In this document: positions 1 through 9,519 of the stretch, one piece after another
Layout: each line of letters opens with the position of its first letter
Numbering within the stretch: position 1 is the first letter of the stretch
Origin: Nitrospirota bacterium
GTDB taxonomy: Bacteria > Nitrospirota > Thermodesulfovibrionia > Thermodesulfovibrionales > JdFR-86
NCBI GenBank assembly: GCA_963721805.1
Contig: CAVRJY010000001.1
Location: forward strand, 1,440,001 to 1,504,000
Length of the DNA stretch: 64,000 nt
Direction: 5' to 3'
Translations under genes and position numbers: made by a program
The notes under the pieces: model-generated
Databases searched by the model: none
Seen by the model: the letters and a program-made list of their open reading frames with translations, nothing else
What the model was told of the DNA's origin: nothing

Positions 1-1
1 G

Positions 2-136
2 ATGCTCTCCCCGTGCCCTACCGACTGGTGGATGACCCCGGCGGAATCGCTCGCATGGATCAGGGCCGAGATGATGAAGGCCTTCCCGCTGGGCGTATAC
101 AAAGACAAGTTCGCGGACGAAGCAAAGACATGCTGA
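2..136 (+). CDS. 2-oxoacid:ferredoxin oxidoreductase beta subunit, C-terminal end (5'-partial)
   Basis: Hand translation MLSPCPTDWWMTPAESLAWIRAEMMKAFPLGVYKD...TC*; the LSPCPTxW and FPLG pattern fits beta subunits; overlaps the gamma subunit start. Confidence 0.75.
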   Translation: MLSPCPTDWWMTPAESLAWIRAEMMKAFPLGVYKDKFADEAKTC

Positions 137-684
137 GCGGAACGCTGGTGGCGGGCTCGGGCGGGCAGGGCGTATTGTTTTTGAGCAAGCTCCTTGCCCA
201 GGCCGCGATGACCGCCGGAAAGAACGTGACGTTCTTCCCGTCATACGGGGCCGAGATGCGCGGCGGCACGGCCAACTGCACGGTGGTAATTTCCGACGGC
301 ATAATAGGCTCGCCCGTCGTGCGCACGCCCGACGTGGTGGTCGCGATGAACGCGGCATCCATGGCCCGTTTCGAGCCGAAGCTCAGGCCCGGCGGGCTGT
401 TCATCTACGACTGCTCGCTGGTCAAGGCCCCCCTGGGGCGCACCGACCTCGAGGTGGTCGCGGTCCCGGCAAGCGACGTCGCGGCCGGGCTGGGCGACAA
501 CAAGGCCGCGAACATGGTCCTCCTGGGCGCGCTTATCGCCCGCGAGCCGATCCTGGGCATCGACGAAGCGCTCTCGGCGCTCGAACGCATCACCCCGGCG
601 CACAGGCGCGCAGGGCTTGGGCTTAACGCCGAGGCACTGAGAAAAGGTTTCCACTGTGGTGAAAATACGAAAAGCGCTGGTTAA
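130..684 (+). CDS. 2-oxoacid:ferredoxin oxidoreductase gamma subunit
   Basis: AGSGGQG, PSYGAEMRGGTANC and ANMVLLGA motifs; ATG at 130 overlaps the upstream stop. Confidence 0.9.
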   Translation: MLSGTLVAGSGGQGVLFLSKLLAQAAMTAGKNVTFFPSYGAEMRGGTANCTVVISDGIIGSPVVRTPDVVVAMNAASMARFEPKLRPGGLFIYDCSLVKAPLGRTDLEVVAVPASDVAAGLGDNKAANMVLLGALIAREPILGIDEALSALERITPAHRRAGLGLNAEALRKGFHCGENTKSAG

Positions 685-1114
685 GGACGTCCCGCAGATA
701 CACAAGATAGTCAACGAGTTCGCCAGCGCCAACTCGATGCTCCCGCGTTCCCTCAACGACCTTTACGACAACATCAGGGACATGTTCGTGGCCGAGGACC
801 GGGGCGCGCTCATCGCGGTTTGCGGCATGCACGTGCTCTGGGATGACCTCGCCGAGGTCCGCTCGCTCGCGGTAAAGAAAAACCGCCAGGGCGAGGGCAT
901 AGGCAAGACGCTCGTGCGCCGCGCCCTCAAGGACGCGAAGACCCTGGGCATCAAGCGCGTCTTCGCCCTTACGTACGTGCCCGGATATTTCAGCTCCACG
1001 TTCGGTTTCAGGGTCATCGAGAAGTCCGAGCTGCCGCACAAGATATGGGGCGAGTGCCTGCACTGCCCGAAGTTCCCGGACTGCGACGAGGTCGCGGTCA
1101 TCAAGGAAATATAA
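656..1114 (+). CDS. GNAT amino-acid N-acetyltransferase (short ArgA-like)
   Basis: MLPRSL, LAEVRSLAV, QGEGIG acetyl-CoA motif, LPHKIWxECxxCPKFPxCDE tail. Confidence 0.85.
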   Translation: MVKIRKALVKDVPQIHKIVNEFASANSMLPRSLNDLYDNIRDMFVAEDRGALIAVCGMHVLWDDLAEVRSLAVKKNRQGEGIGKTLVRRALKDAKTLGIKRVFALTYVPGYFSSTFGFRVIEKSELPHKIWGECLHCPKFPDCDEVAVIKEI

Positions 1115-1770
1115 TGCTCAAGCTCGGGTTTCTGGCATCGGGCAGGGGCTCGAACTTCCAGTCGATTGTCGATGCGTGCAAGGCCGGGAGGATCGAGGCC
1201 AGCCCCGCGCTGCTCATATCTGACGTGTCAGACGCTTATGCGCTTGACAGGGCCGAGCGCCAAGGCATACCCCATAAGTTCATCGACCCCAAAGGCTTCG
1301 GCACCCCGGACGAATACTTCGCCCTCATAGCCTCGGAGATGAAGGCGGCGGACGTGGGGCTCGTGGTGCTCGCGGGGTTCATGCGCATCGTGCGCAGGCC
1401 GCTGCTCGACGCGTTCCCGATGCGGGTGATGAACATCCACCCCGCGCTGCTGCCCTCGTTTGCCGGGCTGCACGGGCAGGCCCAGGCAGCGGATTACGGG
1501 GTGCGCATAGCGGGCTGCACGGTGCATTTCGTGGACGAGGGCATGGACACCGGGCCGGTCATCATACAGGCGGCGGTCCCTGCGCTTCCGGGCGATACCG
1601 AAGATTCGCTTGGCGCACGAATCCTCAGGGCCGAGCACAGGATATTCCCGGAGGCCATCCGGCTGTTCGCGGCCGGGAGGCTGCAAGTGCGGGGGCGCAA
1701 GGTGATGGTAGAGGGCTATGACGCGGCCCGCGAGGACGCGGTGCTCTACAGCCCGCCGCTTGGAAGTTGA
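1114..1770 (+). CDS. purN: Phosphoribosylglycinamide formyltransferase
   Basis: ASGRGSN, LAGFMR, NIHPALLPSF, GCTVHFVDEGMDTGP. Confidence 0.95.
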   Translation: MLKLGFLASGRGSNFQSIVDACKAGRIEASPALLISDVSDAYALDRAERQGIPHKFIDPKGFGTPDEYFALIASEMKAADVGLVVLAGFMRIVRRPLLDAFPMRVMNIHPALLPSFAGLHGQAQAADYGVRIAGCTVHFVDEGMDTGPVIIQAAVPALPGDTEDSLGARILRAEHRIFPEAIRLFAAGRLQVRGRKVMVEGYDAAREDAVLYSPPLGS

Positions 1771-1818
1771 GCTTGCGCGCGGTTTCCGTTAAGATAGACA
1801 ACTAGGAGGGCACGAGCG

Positions 1819-2340
1819 ATGGTAACCACAAAACCGTTTTTGGCAACGGCTCAGATACAGGCCAAGGTCAAGGAGCTGGGGGCCAGGATATCGGCCGACT
1901 ATGAGGGGAAAAACCTCCTCGTGGTCCCGATCCTGAAAGGCGCATTCATGTTCGCCTCCGACCTGGTGCGGGCGATATCCATACCGCTTTCGGTGGACTT
2001 CGTGATGGCCTCGAGCTATGAGCACACGGACTCCACGGGCGAGGTCAAGCTGCACTGCGACCTCAGAGACAGCATCAAGGGGCGGGACGTCCTGCTCGTC
2101 GAGGACATCGTGGATACCGGCCTGACGCTCAACTACATCAGGGAGACCTTCATGCAGCGCGAGCCCGCGAGCATAAAGATATGCGGCCTGCTGAACAAGC
2201 AGGAGCGCCGGGTCATGGACATCAAGATCGATTACGCGGGCTTCGAGATACCTAATCTTTTCGTGGTCGGCTACGGGCTGGACTATGAAAACAGGTACCG
2301 CAACCTGCCCTACATTGCTATATTCAAGAAATCGACATAA
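1819..2340 (+). CDS. hpt: Hypoxanthine phosphoribosyltransferase
   Basis: ILKGAFMF, LLVEDIVDTGLT PRPP motif, FVVGYGLDY...YRNLPYI. Confidence 0.95.
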   Translation: MVTTKPFLATAQIQAKVKELGARISADYEGKNLLVVPILKGAFMFASDLVRAISIPLSVDFVMASSYEHTDSTGEVKLHCDLRDSIKGRDVLLVEDIVDTGLTLNYIRETFMQREPASIKICGLLNKQERRVMDIKIDYAGFEIPNLFVVGYGLDYENRYRNLPYIAIFKKST

Positions 2341-2358
2341 CACAAGGAGCATGAAAGA

Positions 2359-2730
2359 GTGTACGAGCTTACCATAGAGACTACGTTCGCGGCGGCCCAT
2401 CAGCTCAGGGGCTACGACGGCAAGTGCGAGAACCTCCACGGACACAACTGGAAAGTTCAGGTGCACGTGATCGCCGAATCGCTCAACGACATAGACATCG
2501 CCATAGATTTCCATGACTTAAAACGCATGGCCAACGAGATCGTCGCACCCCTGGACCATTCGTTCCTGAACGACAAGTTTCCGTTTACTGAGAAGAACCC
2601 CTCATCGGAGAACATCGCCCGCTTCGTATACGACGGGATGAAGAAAAAGGTCAACGACGAATACGTGAGGCTCACGGCCGTGACGGTCTGGGAGTCCGAA
2701 AACGCATCCGCGACCTACTATGAGGACTGA
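2359..2730 (+). CDS. queD: 6-carboxytetrahydropterin synthase
   Basis: FAAAHQL, CENLHGHNW, NPSSENIA, VWES. Confidence 0.93.
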   Translation: MYELTIETTFAAAHQLRGYDGKCENLHGHNWKVQVHVIAESLNDIDIAIDFHDLKRMANEIVAPLDHSFLNDKFPFTEKNPSSENIARFVYDGMKKKVNDEYVRLTAVTVWESENASATYYED

Positions 2731-4048
2731 CGAGGCCCTGGCCGGGGCCGCCCTGCGCCTCGCAAAGGCGGGCGGGGCCTCTGACGCCGAGGTATACCAG
2801 CGCGCCACACGGACGCTCTCGGCCGACGCACGGAGGGCCTCGATGGAGGCCATCGAAAGCTCGCTCACGTTCGGCTACTGCCTCCGCGTCATAAAGGACG
2901 GCCGTGCCGGGTTCTCATATTCCAACAACCCCTCGGACATGGAAAGCGTGGTCAACGACGCCCTCGTCTCGGCAGGGTACACCGAGCCGGACGAGCACCT
3001 AAACATTATAGATCCCGAGCCGCCGGTAACCGGGCTTGCCACATACGACCCGGACGTCGAGGCGATGACCTCCGAGCACGCGCTGGAGCTCGCGTGCCGC
3101 ACAGAGGCCGCATGCATGGGGGCCGACCCCCGCATGACGAAGATACGCAAGGCCTCGGCCTCGTTCTCGTCATCCGAGACGCGCATAGCGAACTCCAGAG
3201 GCCTGACGGTCTCTTACCGCGCGACCGCTGCGAGCGCATCTATCATGGCCGTGGCGGAGGAGGCAGGGGAGGGGCAGGTGGGCTGGGAATACGCGCTCTC
3301 AAGGCGGCTTTCGGAGGTAGACTTCGGTGCGGTCGGGAGGGACGCGGCCAAGCGCGCGCTTGAGCTTCTGGGCGCGCGGAGGATGACCGCGTGCAAAGCT
3401 CCGGTATTGCTCGACCGCTCGGTTGCGGTGGATTTCCTCGGCGTCTTCGCCTCGATGCTATCGTCCGAGGCGGTGCAGAAGGGAAAGTCGCTGCTTAAGG
3501 GCAGGCTCGGCCAGCGCGTGGCAAGCCGGTCCATCAATATAGTCGACGACGCGCTCCTGGCCTCGTCACCCGGCTTGAGGCCGTTCGACGACGAAGGGGC
3601 GCCCGCGAGGGCAACCGTGCTCGTACGCGAGGGCGTGCTAGAGGGATATATGTATAACGCGCATACCGCAGCGAAGGAAGGCCGGCGCACGACCGGCAAC
3701 GCCGTAAGGGGAGGCTACATGTCGCCCCCGAGCGTAGGGCCCCTCAGCCTTTACATCGAGCCCTCATCCGCGGCCTCAGACCTTTTCGGAGAAATGGGCA
3801 CCGGCCTATACGTCACGGACGTGATGGGCATGCACACGGCCGACGCGATCTCGGGAGACTTCTCGGTAGGCGCATCCGGGCTGTGGATAGAGGGGGGCAG
3901 GGCGGCCTATCCGGTGAAGGAGGCCGTGATCTCGGGCAACATGCTCGGGTTTTTCAGCGGGGCCCTCGCGCTTGGGGACGACCTGAGGTTTTACGGACGG
4001 ATGGGTTCGCCCTCGATACTGTTCGGCCAGACGGACATCAGCGCATAG
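2720..4048 (+). CDS. TldD/PmbA family protein (PmbA-like)
   Basis: PFDDEG, TTGNA, SGDFSVG, PVKEAVISGN. Confidence 0.88.
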   Translation: MRTDEALAGAALRLAKAGGASDAEVYQRATRTLSADARRASMEAIESSLTFGYCLRVIKDGRAGFSYSNNPSDMESVVNDALVSAGYTEPDEHLNIIDPEPPVTGLATYDPDVEAMTSEHALELACRTEAACMGADPRMTKIRKASASFSSSETRIANSRGLTVSYRATAASASIMAVAEEAGEGQVGWEYALSRRLSEVDFGAVGRDAAKRALELLGARRMTACKAPVLLDRSVAVDFLGVFASMLSSEAVQKGKSLLKGRLGQRVASRSINIVDDALLASSPGLRPFDDEGAPARATVLVREGVLEGYMYNAHTAAKEGRRTTGNAVRGGYMSPPSVGPLSLYIEPSSAASDLFGEMGTGLYVTDVMGMHTADAISGDFSVGASGLWIEGGRAAYPVKEAVISGNMLGFFSGALALGDDLRFYGRMGSPSILFGQTDISA

Positions 4049-5386
4049 ATGAAAAAAGTCTTCATCATAGACGACGAGCCGGAGATCCTCGCATCCCTTG
4101 GGATGATCTTCACCGTGGCGGGCATGGAGGCCGTGACCGCGTCTTCGGGCCGCGAGGCCATGGAGAAGTTCTCGGTCGAGCCGGTGCCTGTCGTCATATG
4201 CGACAACGCCCTCCCGGACGTCCGGGGGCTCGAGCTCCTGGGCGAGCTCCGGGGCATACTCCCGGACGTCCAGATGATCATGTTCACCGGCAAGGGCACG
4301 ATAGACATCGCGGTGGCCGCCATGAAGGCCGGGATGTACGACTTCGTGACCAAGCCCGTCGAGCCGGAACATTTAATCCACCTCGCGCGCAAGGCCCACG
4401 AGCTCTATGACGCGCTCTCCGCCAACAGGGCCCTGCGGGCCGAGGTAATGACCGTCTCGGACGAGGACTACGTCGGCAGGTCAGCCGCTGTGCACAAGCT
4501 AAAGCGCATGGTCCACGCCGTGGCCCCCACCGACAGCACCGTGCTCATCCAGGGCGAAAGCGGCACCGGCAAGGAGCTGGTCGCCCGGATGATACACAAG
4601 TACAGCGAACGCAGGCGCGGCCCGTTTATCGCCGTCGACTGCGGCGCGATCCCGGAGGGGCTCGTCGAGAGCGAGCTGTTCGGACACGAAAAGGGGGCCT
4701 TCACCGGCGCCCACGGCATGAAAGAGGGTAAGTTCGAGCGCGCGAGCCATGGGACGCTGTTCCTCGACGAGATATCCAACCTGCCGCTGGCCGCTCAGGC
4801 CAAGCTCCTGCGCGCCTTGCAGGAGCGCGTGATCGAACGCGTAGGCGGCACCAGGAGCGTACCGGTCGATATCAGGCTTATAGCCGCGACAAACTCCGAC
4901 CTGCAGGACGGGGTCGCTTCAAAGAATTTCAGGGAGGACCTTTACTACCGCCTCAATATAGTCAAGCTCAGGCTCCCGCCCCTGAGGGAGCGCAAGAGCG
5001 ACATCATGATGCTCGCGAACCATTTTATAGAGAAGCACCGCGAGAGGGCGCGCTCCGAGGTGCGCGGCATATCCAAGGAGGCGCTGAGGGCGCTGATGGA
5101 GTATTCGTGGCCCGGCAACGTCCGGGAGCTCGAAAACGCGGTCGAGCACGCGATGATAGTCGCAACGACGCCCGAGATCATGCCCCACGACCTGCCCATG
5201 GCCGCGGAGGCCGCGCCCGGCGCGCCTCTGCGCGAGGAGGCCTCCGGAAGCATAAAGGACGCCGAAAAAAAGATGCTGGTCGAGGCCCTGATGCAGCACG
5301 GAGGCAACAAGATACAGACCGCCAGGGCGCTGGGCATACAGAGGTCAAGCCTCTATAGCAAGCTCCGAAAGCACGGGCTGATATAG
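4049..5386 (+). CDS. NtrC-family sigma54-dependent response regulator
   Basis: Receiver domain; GESGTGKE, ESELFGHEKGAFTGA, WPGNVRELEN; C-terminal Fis-type HTH. Confidence 0.95.
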   Translation: MKKVFIIDDEPEILASLGMIFTVAGMEAVTASSGREAMEKFSVEPVPVVICDNALPDVRGLELLGELRGILPDVQMIMFTGKGTIDIAVAAMKAGMYDFVTKPVEPEHLIHLARKAHELYDALSANRALRAEVMTVSDEDYVGRSAAVHKLKRMVHAVAPTDSTVLIQGESGTGKELVARMIHKYSERRRGPFIAVDCGAIPEGLVESELFGHEKGAFTGAHGMKEGKFERASHGTLFLDEISNLPLAAQAKLLRALQERVIERVGGTRSVPVDIRLIAATNSDLQDGVASKNFREDLYYRLNIVKLRLPPLRERKSDIMMLANHFIEKHRERARSEVRGISKEALRALMEYSWPGNVRELENAVEHAMIVATTPEIMPHDLPMAAEAAPGAPLREEASGSIKDAEKKMLVEALMQHGGNKIQTARALGIQRSSLYSKLRKHGLI

Positions 5387-5389
5387 GAT

Positions 5390-6070
5390 ATGCGCGCGCG
5401 CGAAAGCGAGATAACTTACCGGCCCTCCGAGCACCGTGACAAGTACGAGGCCATCGCCCGCATATCTTCCCTCCTCGCCCACAAGATAAACAACCCCCTT
5501 ACCGTCATGACCAACTACCTGTTCCTGCTGAAGCAGTCCTCGCAAGGCGATAATAATGCCCTGGGCATGCTAGGCAACATAGAGGAGGGCGTACACCGCA
5601 CGCGCGACATAATGCACGAATTCGTCGACGCCTCGAGGCCGTGCACCGGGCGCAGGGAGAAGATTCCCATAGATGACCTGATCAGCGAGGCGATCAGTTG
5701 CCTCCGGGCCGGGATCGGGGGGGTCGCGTTCAGCCTCGAACTGCCCGAGGGTCAGCGGATCAGAGCCGAGCGCGAAGGGCTCGTCTCGGCGCTCTCGATC
5801 ATAATTACAAACGCCGTAGAATCCGGCACGGGGAAGGTCATAATCTCATCCGAACAGGACCAGCGGCGCAGCGTTATAAGGGTCAGGGATTTCGGCCGGG
5901 GCATACCTCCTGAGAACATCAGCCATGTCTTCGAGCCTTTTTTCACCACGCTCGAAGCCCACCTTGGCCTCGGCCTTTACAGGGCATACCATATAGTGCA
6001 GTCACTCGGCGGGTCCATATGGTGCAGGTCCTGGGATTCGGGCTCTGAGTTCGTCATCGAGCTCCTATAG
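5390..6070 (+). CDS. Short histidine kinase with no obvious sensor domain
   Basis: H-box LAHKINNPL, N-box, DFGRGI, FEPFFTT, GLGL. Confidence 0.85.
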   Translation: MRARESEITYRPSEHRDKYEAIARISSLLAHKINNPLTVMTNYLFLLKQSSQGDNNALGMLGNIEEGVHRTRDIMHEFVDASRPCTGRREKIPIDDLISEAISCLRAGIGGVAFSLELPEGQRIRAEREGLVSALSIIITNAVESGTGKVIISSEQDQRRSVIRVRDFGRGIPPENISHVFEPFFTTLEAHLGLGLYRAYHIVQSLGGSIWCRSWDSGSEFVIELL

Positions 6071-6188
6071 AATCAAATCTCAGGGAAAACTCCGCCTGTC
6101 CACCTCTGTCTGTCCATAAAACGCACAACTGTACAATTAGTGGTCGCCACTGATCTCATGAATCCCTTGATTAATATGGCATTAGACT

Positions 6189-6204
6189 TGGCAGGCGAAT
6201 TGCA
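6189..6204 (+). promoter_or_regulatory. Sigma54 (-24/-12) promoter
   Basis: TGGCAGGCGAATTGCA = GG-N10-GC, near consensus TGGCAC-N5-TTGCA; downstream of an NtrC-type gene; TGT-N11-ACA at 6111-6127 could be an activator site. Confidence 0.7.
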
Positions 6205-6216
6205 TTATCAAGGTTA

Positions 6217-6603
6217 GTGAAAAAGATACTGGTAGTAGATGACGAACGGGAAGTCAGGGAATCACTGGAGCGCGTGCTTGTGACGGCGGGTTACGAGGTC
6301 AAGACCCTGGCGTCAGCGCGCGAGGCTCTGAGCTACATTAAAGATAACCCTGTGGGGCTGCTTCTGGTAGACCTCTCAATGCCGGGCATGAGCGGAGAGG
6401 ATCTGCTAAAGCAGCTCCATAAAGAAGGAAACCTGCCCCCCTCGCTGGTTATAACTGCCATGGCGCCCTGGCAGACGCTGGGGGTAATAGAATACGGCAT
6501 CGGGTATATCAGGAAGCCAATAGACAACGACATTTTGTTCCCCATCATAGAGAGCATGATGCGAAAGGAGTCTAAGAATGAAGAAGTTTCGTGTGCTGGC
6601 TGA
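6217..6603 (+). CDS. Single-domain response regulator (CheY-like)
   Basis: ILVVDDE, DLSMPGMSG, KP; GTG start. Confidence 0.88.
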   Translation: MKKILVVDDEREVRESLERVLVTAGYEVKTLASAREALSYIKDNPVGLLLVDLSMPGMSGEDLLKQLHKEGNLPPSLVITAMAPWQTLGVIEYGIGYIRKPIDNDILFPIIESMMRKESKNEEVSCAG

Positions 6604-6862
6604 GATGATAATCCTACAGGCACTGGAAGACCTCACGCATCCCAGGCGCAGCGCAGAGGCCGTTGAGTTTTTCTCCGGCAACGATTTCATAAAGGTCGCG
6701 CGCGCGGCCGGCATGGACCAGGACCAGACGCTCAAGATGCTCGAGTACGTCTGCAAGGTATACCAGGACCTGAAATCGATAAAACAAAGGCATGATTCGC
6801 AAAAGGCAGACAGGGTCAGAACCTCCCCTCGGGCCCTGTCTGCTCCCTCCCTCGCATATTAG
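6578..6862 (+). CDS. Hypothetical protein
   Basis: 94-aa ORF with AAGGAG SD, overlapping the response regulator stop. Confidence 0.6.
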   Translation: MKKFRVLAEMIILQALEDLTHPRRSAEAVEFFSGNDFIKVARAAGMDQDQTLKMLEYVCKVYQDLKSIKQRHDSQKADRVRTSPRALSAPSLAY

Positions 6863-6948
6863 GAAACAGGGCGGATAGCATGGGCCAGGCGCCCGGCTAT
6901 CCGCCCTTTCCTTGATGTTTTCCGGTGTTGCTGATATGATACCCACTG

Positions 6949-8139
6949 ATGCCCGACCCATTATCTTTATTACGCAAAGACCGCCTCGTCCGCAAGGTAT
7001 TCTCGCTATCAGGCCCTGAGGAGATCTACCTGGTCGGCGGATACCTCCGAGACGTGCTCGCAAGCGGCAGGCGCTCAAACGACCTCGATTTCACGGTAAA
7101 GGCGGACTATCACGGCGTCGCGTGCGACGTCGCCGCGAAGATCAACGGGAAGGCCATCGCGCTCAAAAAAGAATCCCTGACCCGCGTGGTCACGGAGGGG
7201 CGGGAGATCCTGGACTTCACCCCCATGCAGGGCGGGAGCATCGAGGCTGACCTCCGGGCTCGCGACTTCAGGATGAACGCGGTCGCGTGGTCCCCCTCCA
7301 GCGGTCTCGTGGACGTCACCGGCGGCGCCGACGATATCCGGTTAGGCCGGATCTCAGCGATATCAAAGGAAAACCTGATCTCGGACCCCTTGCGGGTGCT
7401 CAGGGCATACAGGTTCCACTCGGAACTCGGGTGGGCAATCGTGCCCGCCACCCGCAGGATGCTCAAGGAGCTGGCACCGCTGCTGGCCCAACCGGCAAGT
7501 GAAAGAATCACCTTAGAGTTGATCAAGACCGCATGCTCGGCAGGCACCCTTAAGACGCTTAAAATCGCCCATAAGGATGGCGTCATAAGGGAGTTAATAT
7601 TCAATGGTAACAGCCAGTTAGACAATAACCTTAAACTGATTTCGAGAATTTACGAAAGACTTAGTGAGATTCCTCAACAGGACATTAATTTTATCTACCC
7701 TCAGGGGCTGACATATCCAGGATTACTCGTGATCGAGGCGCTCATGCTCGGCTCCACCGGGCACCGTCTGGCCCTGAGCCGGGAGGTCAGCGAAAGGCTT
7801 CGAACCGTGAGCACGATGTACCCGGAATATAGGGCGCTGGGAAGACGCCCGGAACCGGATCGGCTGTTTGAGCTGTTCAGGGGTGCGAGGGACACCGCGC
7901 TCGACCTATTGATACTTTCTGAAAACCAGGGGTTGATACCCGAGTTATTGAGGTATCGGAAAATTGACAAAAAACCGGTAATCAGCCCAGTTAGGATTAT
8001 GACGGCCACCGGACTTGAGCCCGACAGGGAGCTCGGAAGGGTGATCCTGGAGCTCAAGCTCCTTGAATTTAAAGGAGAAATCACCTCGTTGCGAGACGCG
8101 CTGCGATACCTCAAGCCGGTTTATCTCGATTTAACATAA
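6949..8139 (+). CDS. CCA tRNA nucleotidyltransferase / poly(A) polymerase family
   Basis: YLVGGYLRD, DLDF, DLxARDFxMNA, DPLRVLRAYRF, SERI. Confidence 0.85.
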   Translation: MPDPLSLLRKDRLVRKVFSLSGPEEIYLVGGYLRDVLASGRRSNDLDFTVKADYHGVACDVAAKINGKAIALKKESLTRVVTEGREILDFTPMQGGSIEADLRARDFRMNAVAWSPSSGLVDVTGGADDIRLGRISAISKENLISDPLRVLRAYRFHSELGWAIVPATRRMLKELAPLLAQPASERITLELIKTACSAGTLKTLKIAHKDGVIRELIFNGNSQLDNNLKLISRIYERLSEIPQQDINFIYPQGLTYPGLLVIEALMLGSTGHRLALSREVSERLRTVSTMYPEYRALGRRPEPDRLFELFRGARDTALDLLILSENQGLIPELLRYRKIDKKPVISPVRIMTATGLEPDRELGRVILELKLLEFKGEITSLRDALRYLKPVYLDLT

Positions 8140-8156
8140 TATATCTTATCGGACAT
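8129..8156 (-). other. dif: dif site (XerC/XerD chromosome dimer resolution site)
   Basis: Minus strand ATGTCCGATAA-GATATA-TTATGTTAAAT: exact E. coli-type XerD arm, 6-bp spacer and a XerC-like arm; flanking genes converge on it. Confidence 0.88.
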
Positions 8157-8285
8157 TGGCTGTAAACCGGTAATGTTAAGAATGTGTTAATCCGCGTGCC
8201 CAGCGCATACCCTTACTGGCCTATTCATTGGTCAGCCGCCCTGTACAATGATTATGCACAGCGTTATCTCTTATATATCACTAGG

Positions 8286-9518
8286 TTACGAGCTATTTAA
8301 GGGGTCTGCAACGAGCATTCCCCCATCGAGGCCGACAATCGCTGCCGTGACCACGCGGCCGCGGCAATAATCCCCGCCCGCAACCCGGACTTTCAAGTAA
8401 TTGTCCGATGTTCCGGTGGAGGCGCCGCGCCCGTCGGCTCTCTCTATAAGAATGGCAAGCGTTTGGCCGAGTTGCAACTTGCGATAACCCTGTTTCTTGG
8501 CATCAGATATCGCTCTGAGCTCGGAGGTCCTGCGGTTTCTCATTGCGCCGCCTACGGAATCCTTGATCTTAGCGGCATCTGTGCCGGCCCGTGGGGAGAA
8601 CGGAAAGACGTGCATATAGGTAAATGGCAAATCCTTCAACAGTTTCACGGTGTTACGGTGCATCTCCTCGTCCTCGGACGGGAACCCGGCTATCACGTCC
8701 GTCCCCAGCGCGATCGCGCCGAGCCTCCCGGTGACCCGCTCGACGGTCTGTCTGAACTGACGAGTGTCATACCGCCGCCGCATCTGGCGCAAGATTTCAT
8801 CGTCCCCGGCCTGAAGCGGGAGGTGCAGGTGCCTGCATATCCGGGGATCGGCTAGCAACTCAAGGAGCCGGTCGTCGATCTCCGTAACCTCTAGCGAGCT
8901 GAGTCTGAACCTTGCCCCGCTGGTGCCCTTGAGCAGCGTCTCGATCAGGTCGGCTAATTTCACTTTATAATCAAGCCCATACTGGCCGAGGTGGATGCCC
9001 GTGAGCACGATCTCCTCAAACCCGGCCTCTATTGCCCGCGATGCCTCGGCTACCACGGCCTCGAGCGCAACGCTCCTGGAGCGGCCCCTGGCGGCCGGGA
9101 TCACGCAGTAGCTGCATGAGTTGTTGCAGCCGTCCTGGACCTTGAGCGCATACCTGCTACGGTCGCCAATAGATAAAGTGTTACATTTATCATTATCGAT
9201 AAACTCAGCGATAGATAGCATTTTATCCTTATTGCTGACGATCCGCTCAACCCCGCCGATACGAAGGATCTCATCGGGGTTGAGCTCGGCGTAGCAGCCG
9301 GTCGCGATCACGCGACCGCCCGAGCGCGTGGCGCGCCTGATCAGCTGCCGGGACTGGTAATCCGCCTTGTTCGTGACGGTGCAGGTGTTGACGATGCAGA
9401 AGTCGGGGTGCTCGTGGATATCGACGATCTCGTGGCCCGAGGCAGAGAGTTCGGCACGCATGCGGCTCACCTCGGCCTGATTGACCTTGCATCCGAGGGT
9501 GAGGAGCGCGAACCTCAT
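8286..9518 (-). CDS. mtaB: tRNA t6A methylthiotransferase
   Basis: Starts MRFALLTLGCKVNQAE; NTCTVT, KVQDGCNNSCSYCVIP radical SAM motif, EIVLTGIHLG. Confidence 0.92.
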   Translation of the reverse strand: MRFALLTLGCKVNQAEVSRMRAELSASGHEIVDIHEHPDFCIVNTCTVTNKADYQSRQLIRRATRSGGRVIATGCYAELNPDEILRIGGVERIVSNKDKMLSIAEFIDNDKCNTLSIGDRSRYALKVQDGCNNSCSYCVIPAARGRSRSVALEAVVAEASRAIEAGFEEIVLTGIHLGQYGLDYKVKLADLIETLLKGTSGARFRLSSLEVTEIDDRLLELLADPRICRHLHLPLQAGDDEILRQMRRRYDTRQFRQTVERVTGRLGAIALGTDVIAGFPSEDEEMHRNTVKLLKDLPFTYMHVFPFSPRAGTDAAKIKDSVGGAMRNRRTSELRAISDAKKQGYRKLQLGQTLAILIERADGRGASTGTSDNYLKVRVAGGDYCRGRVVTAAIVGLDGGMLVADPLNSS

Positions 9519-9519
9519 C

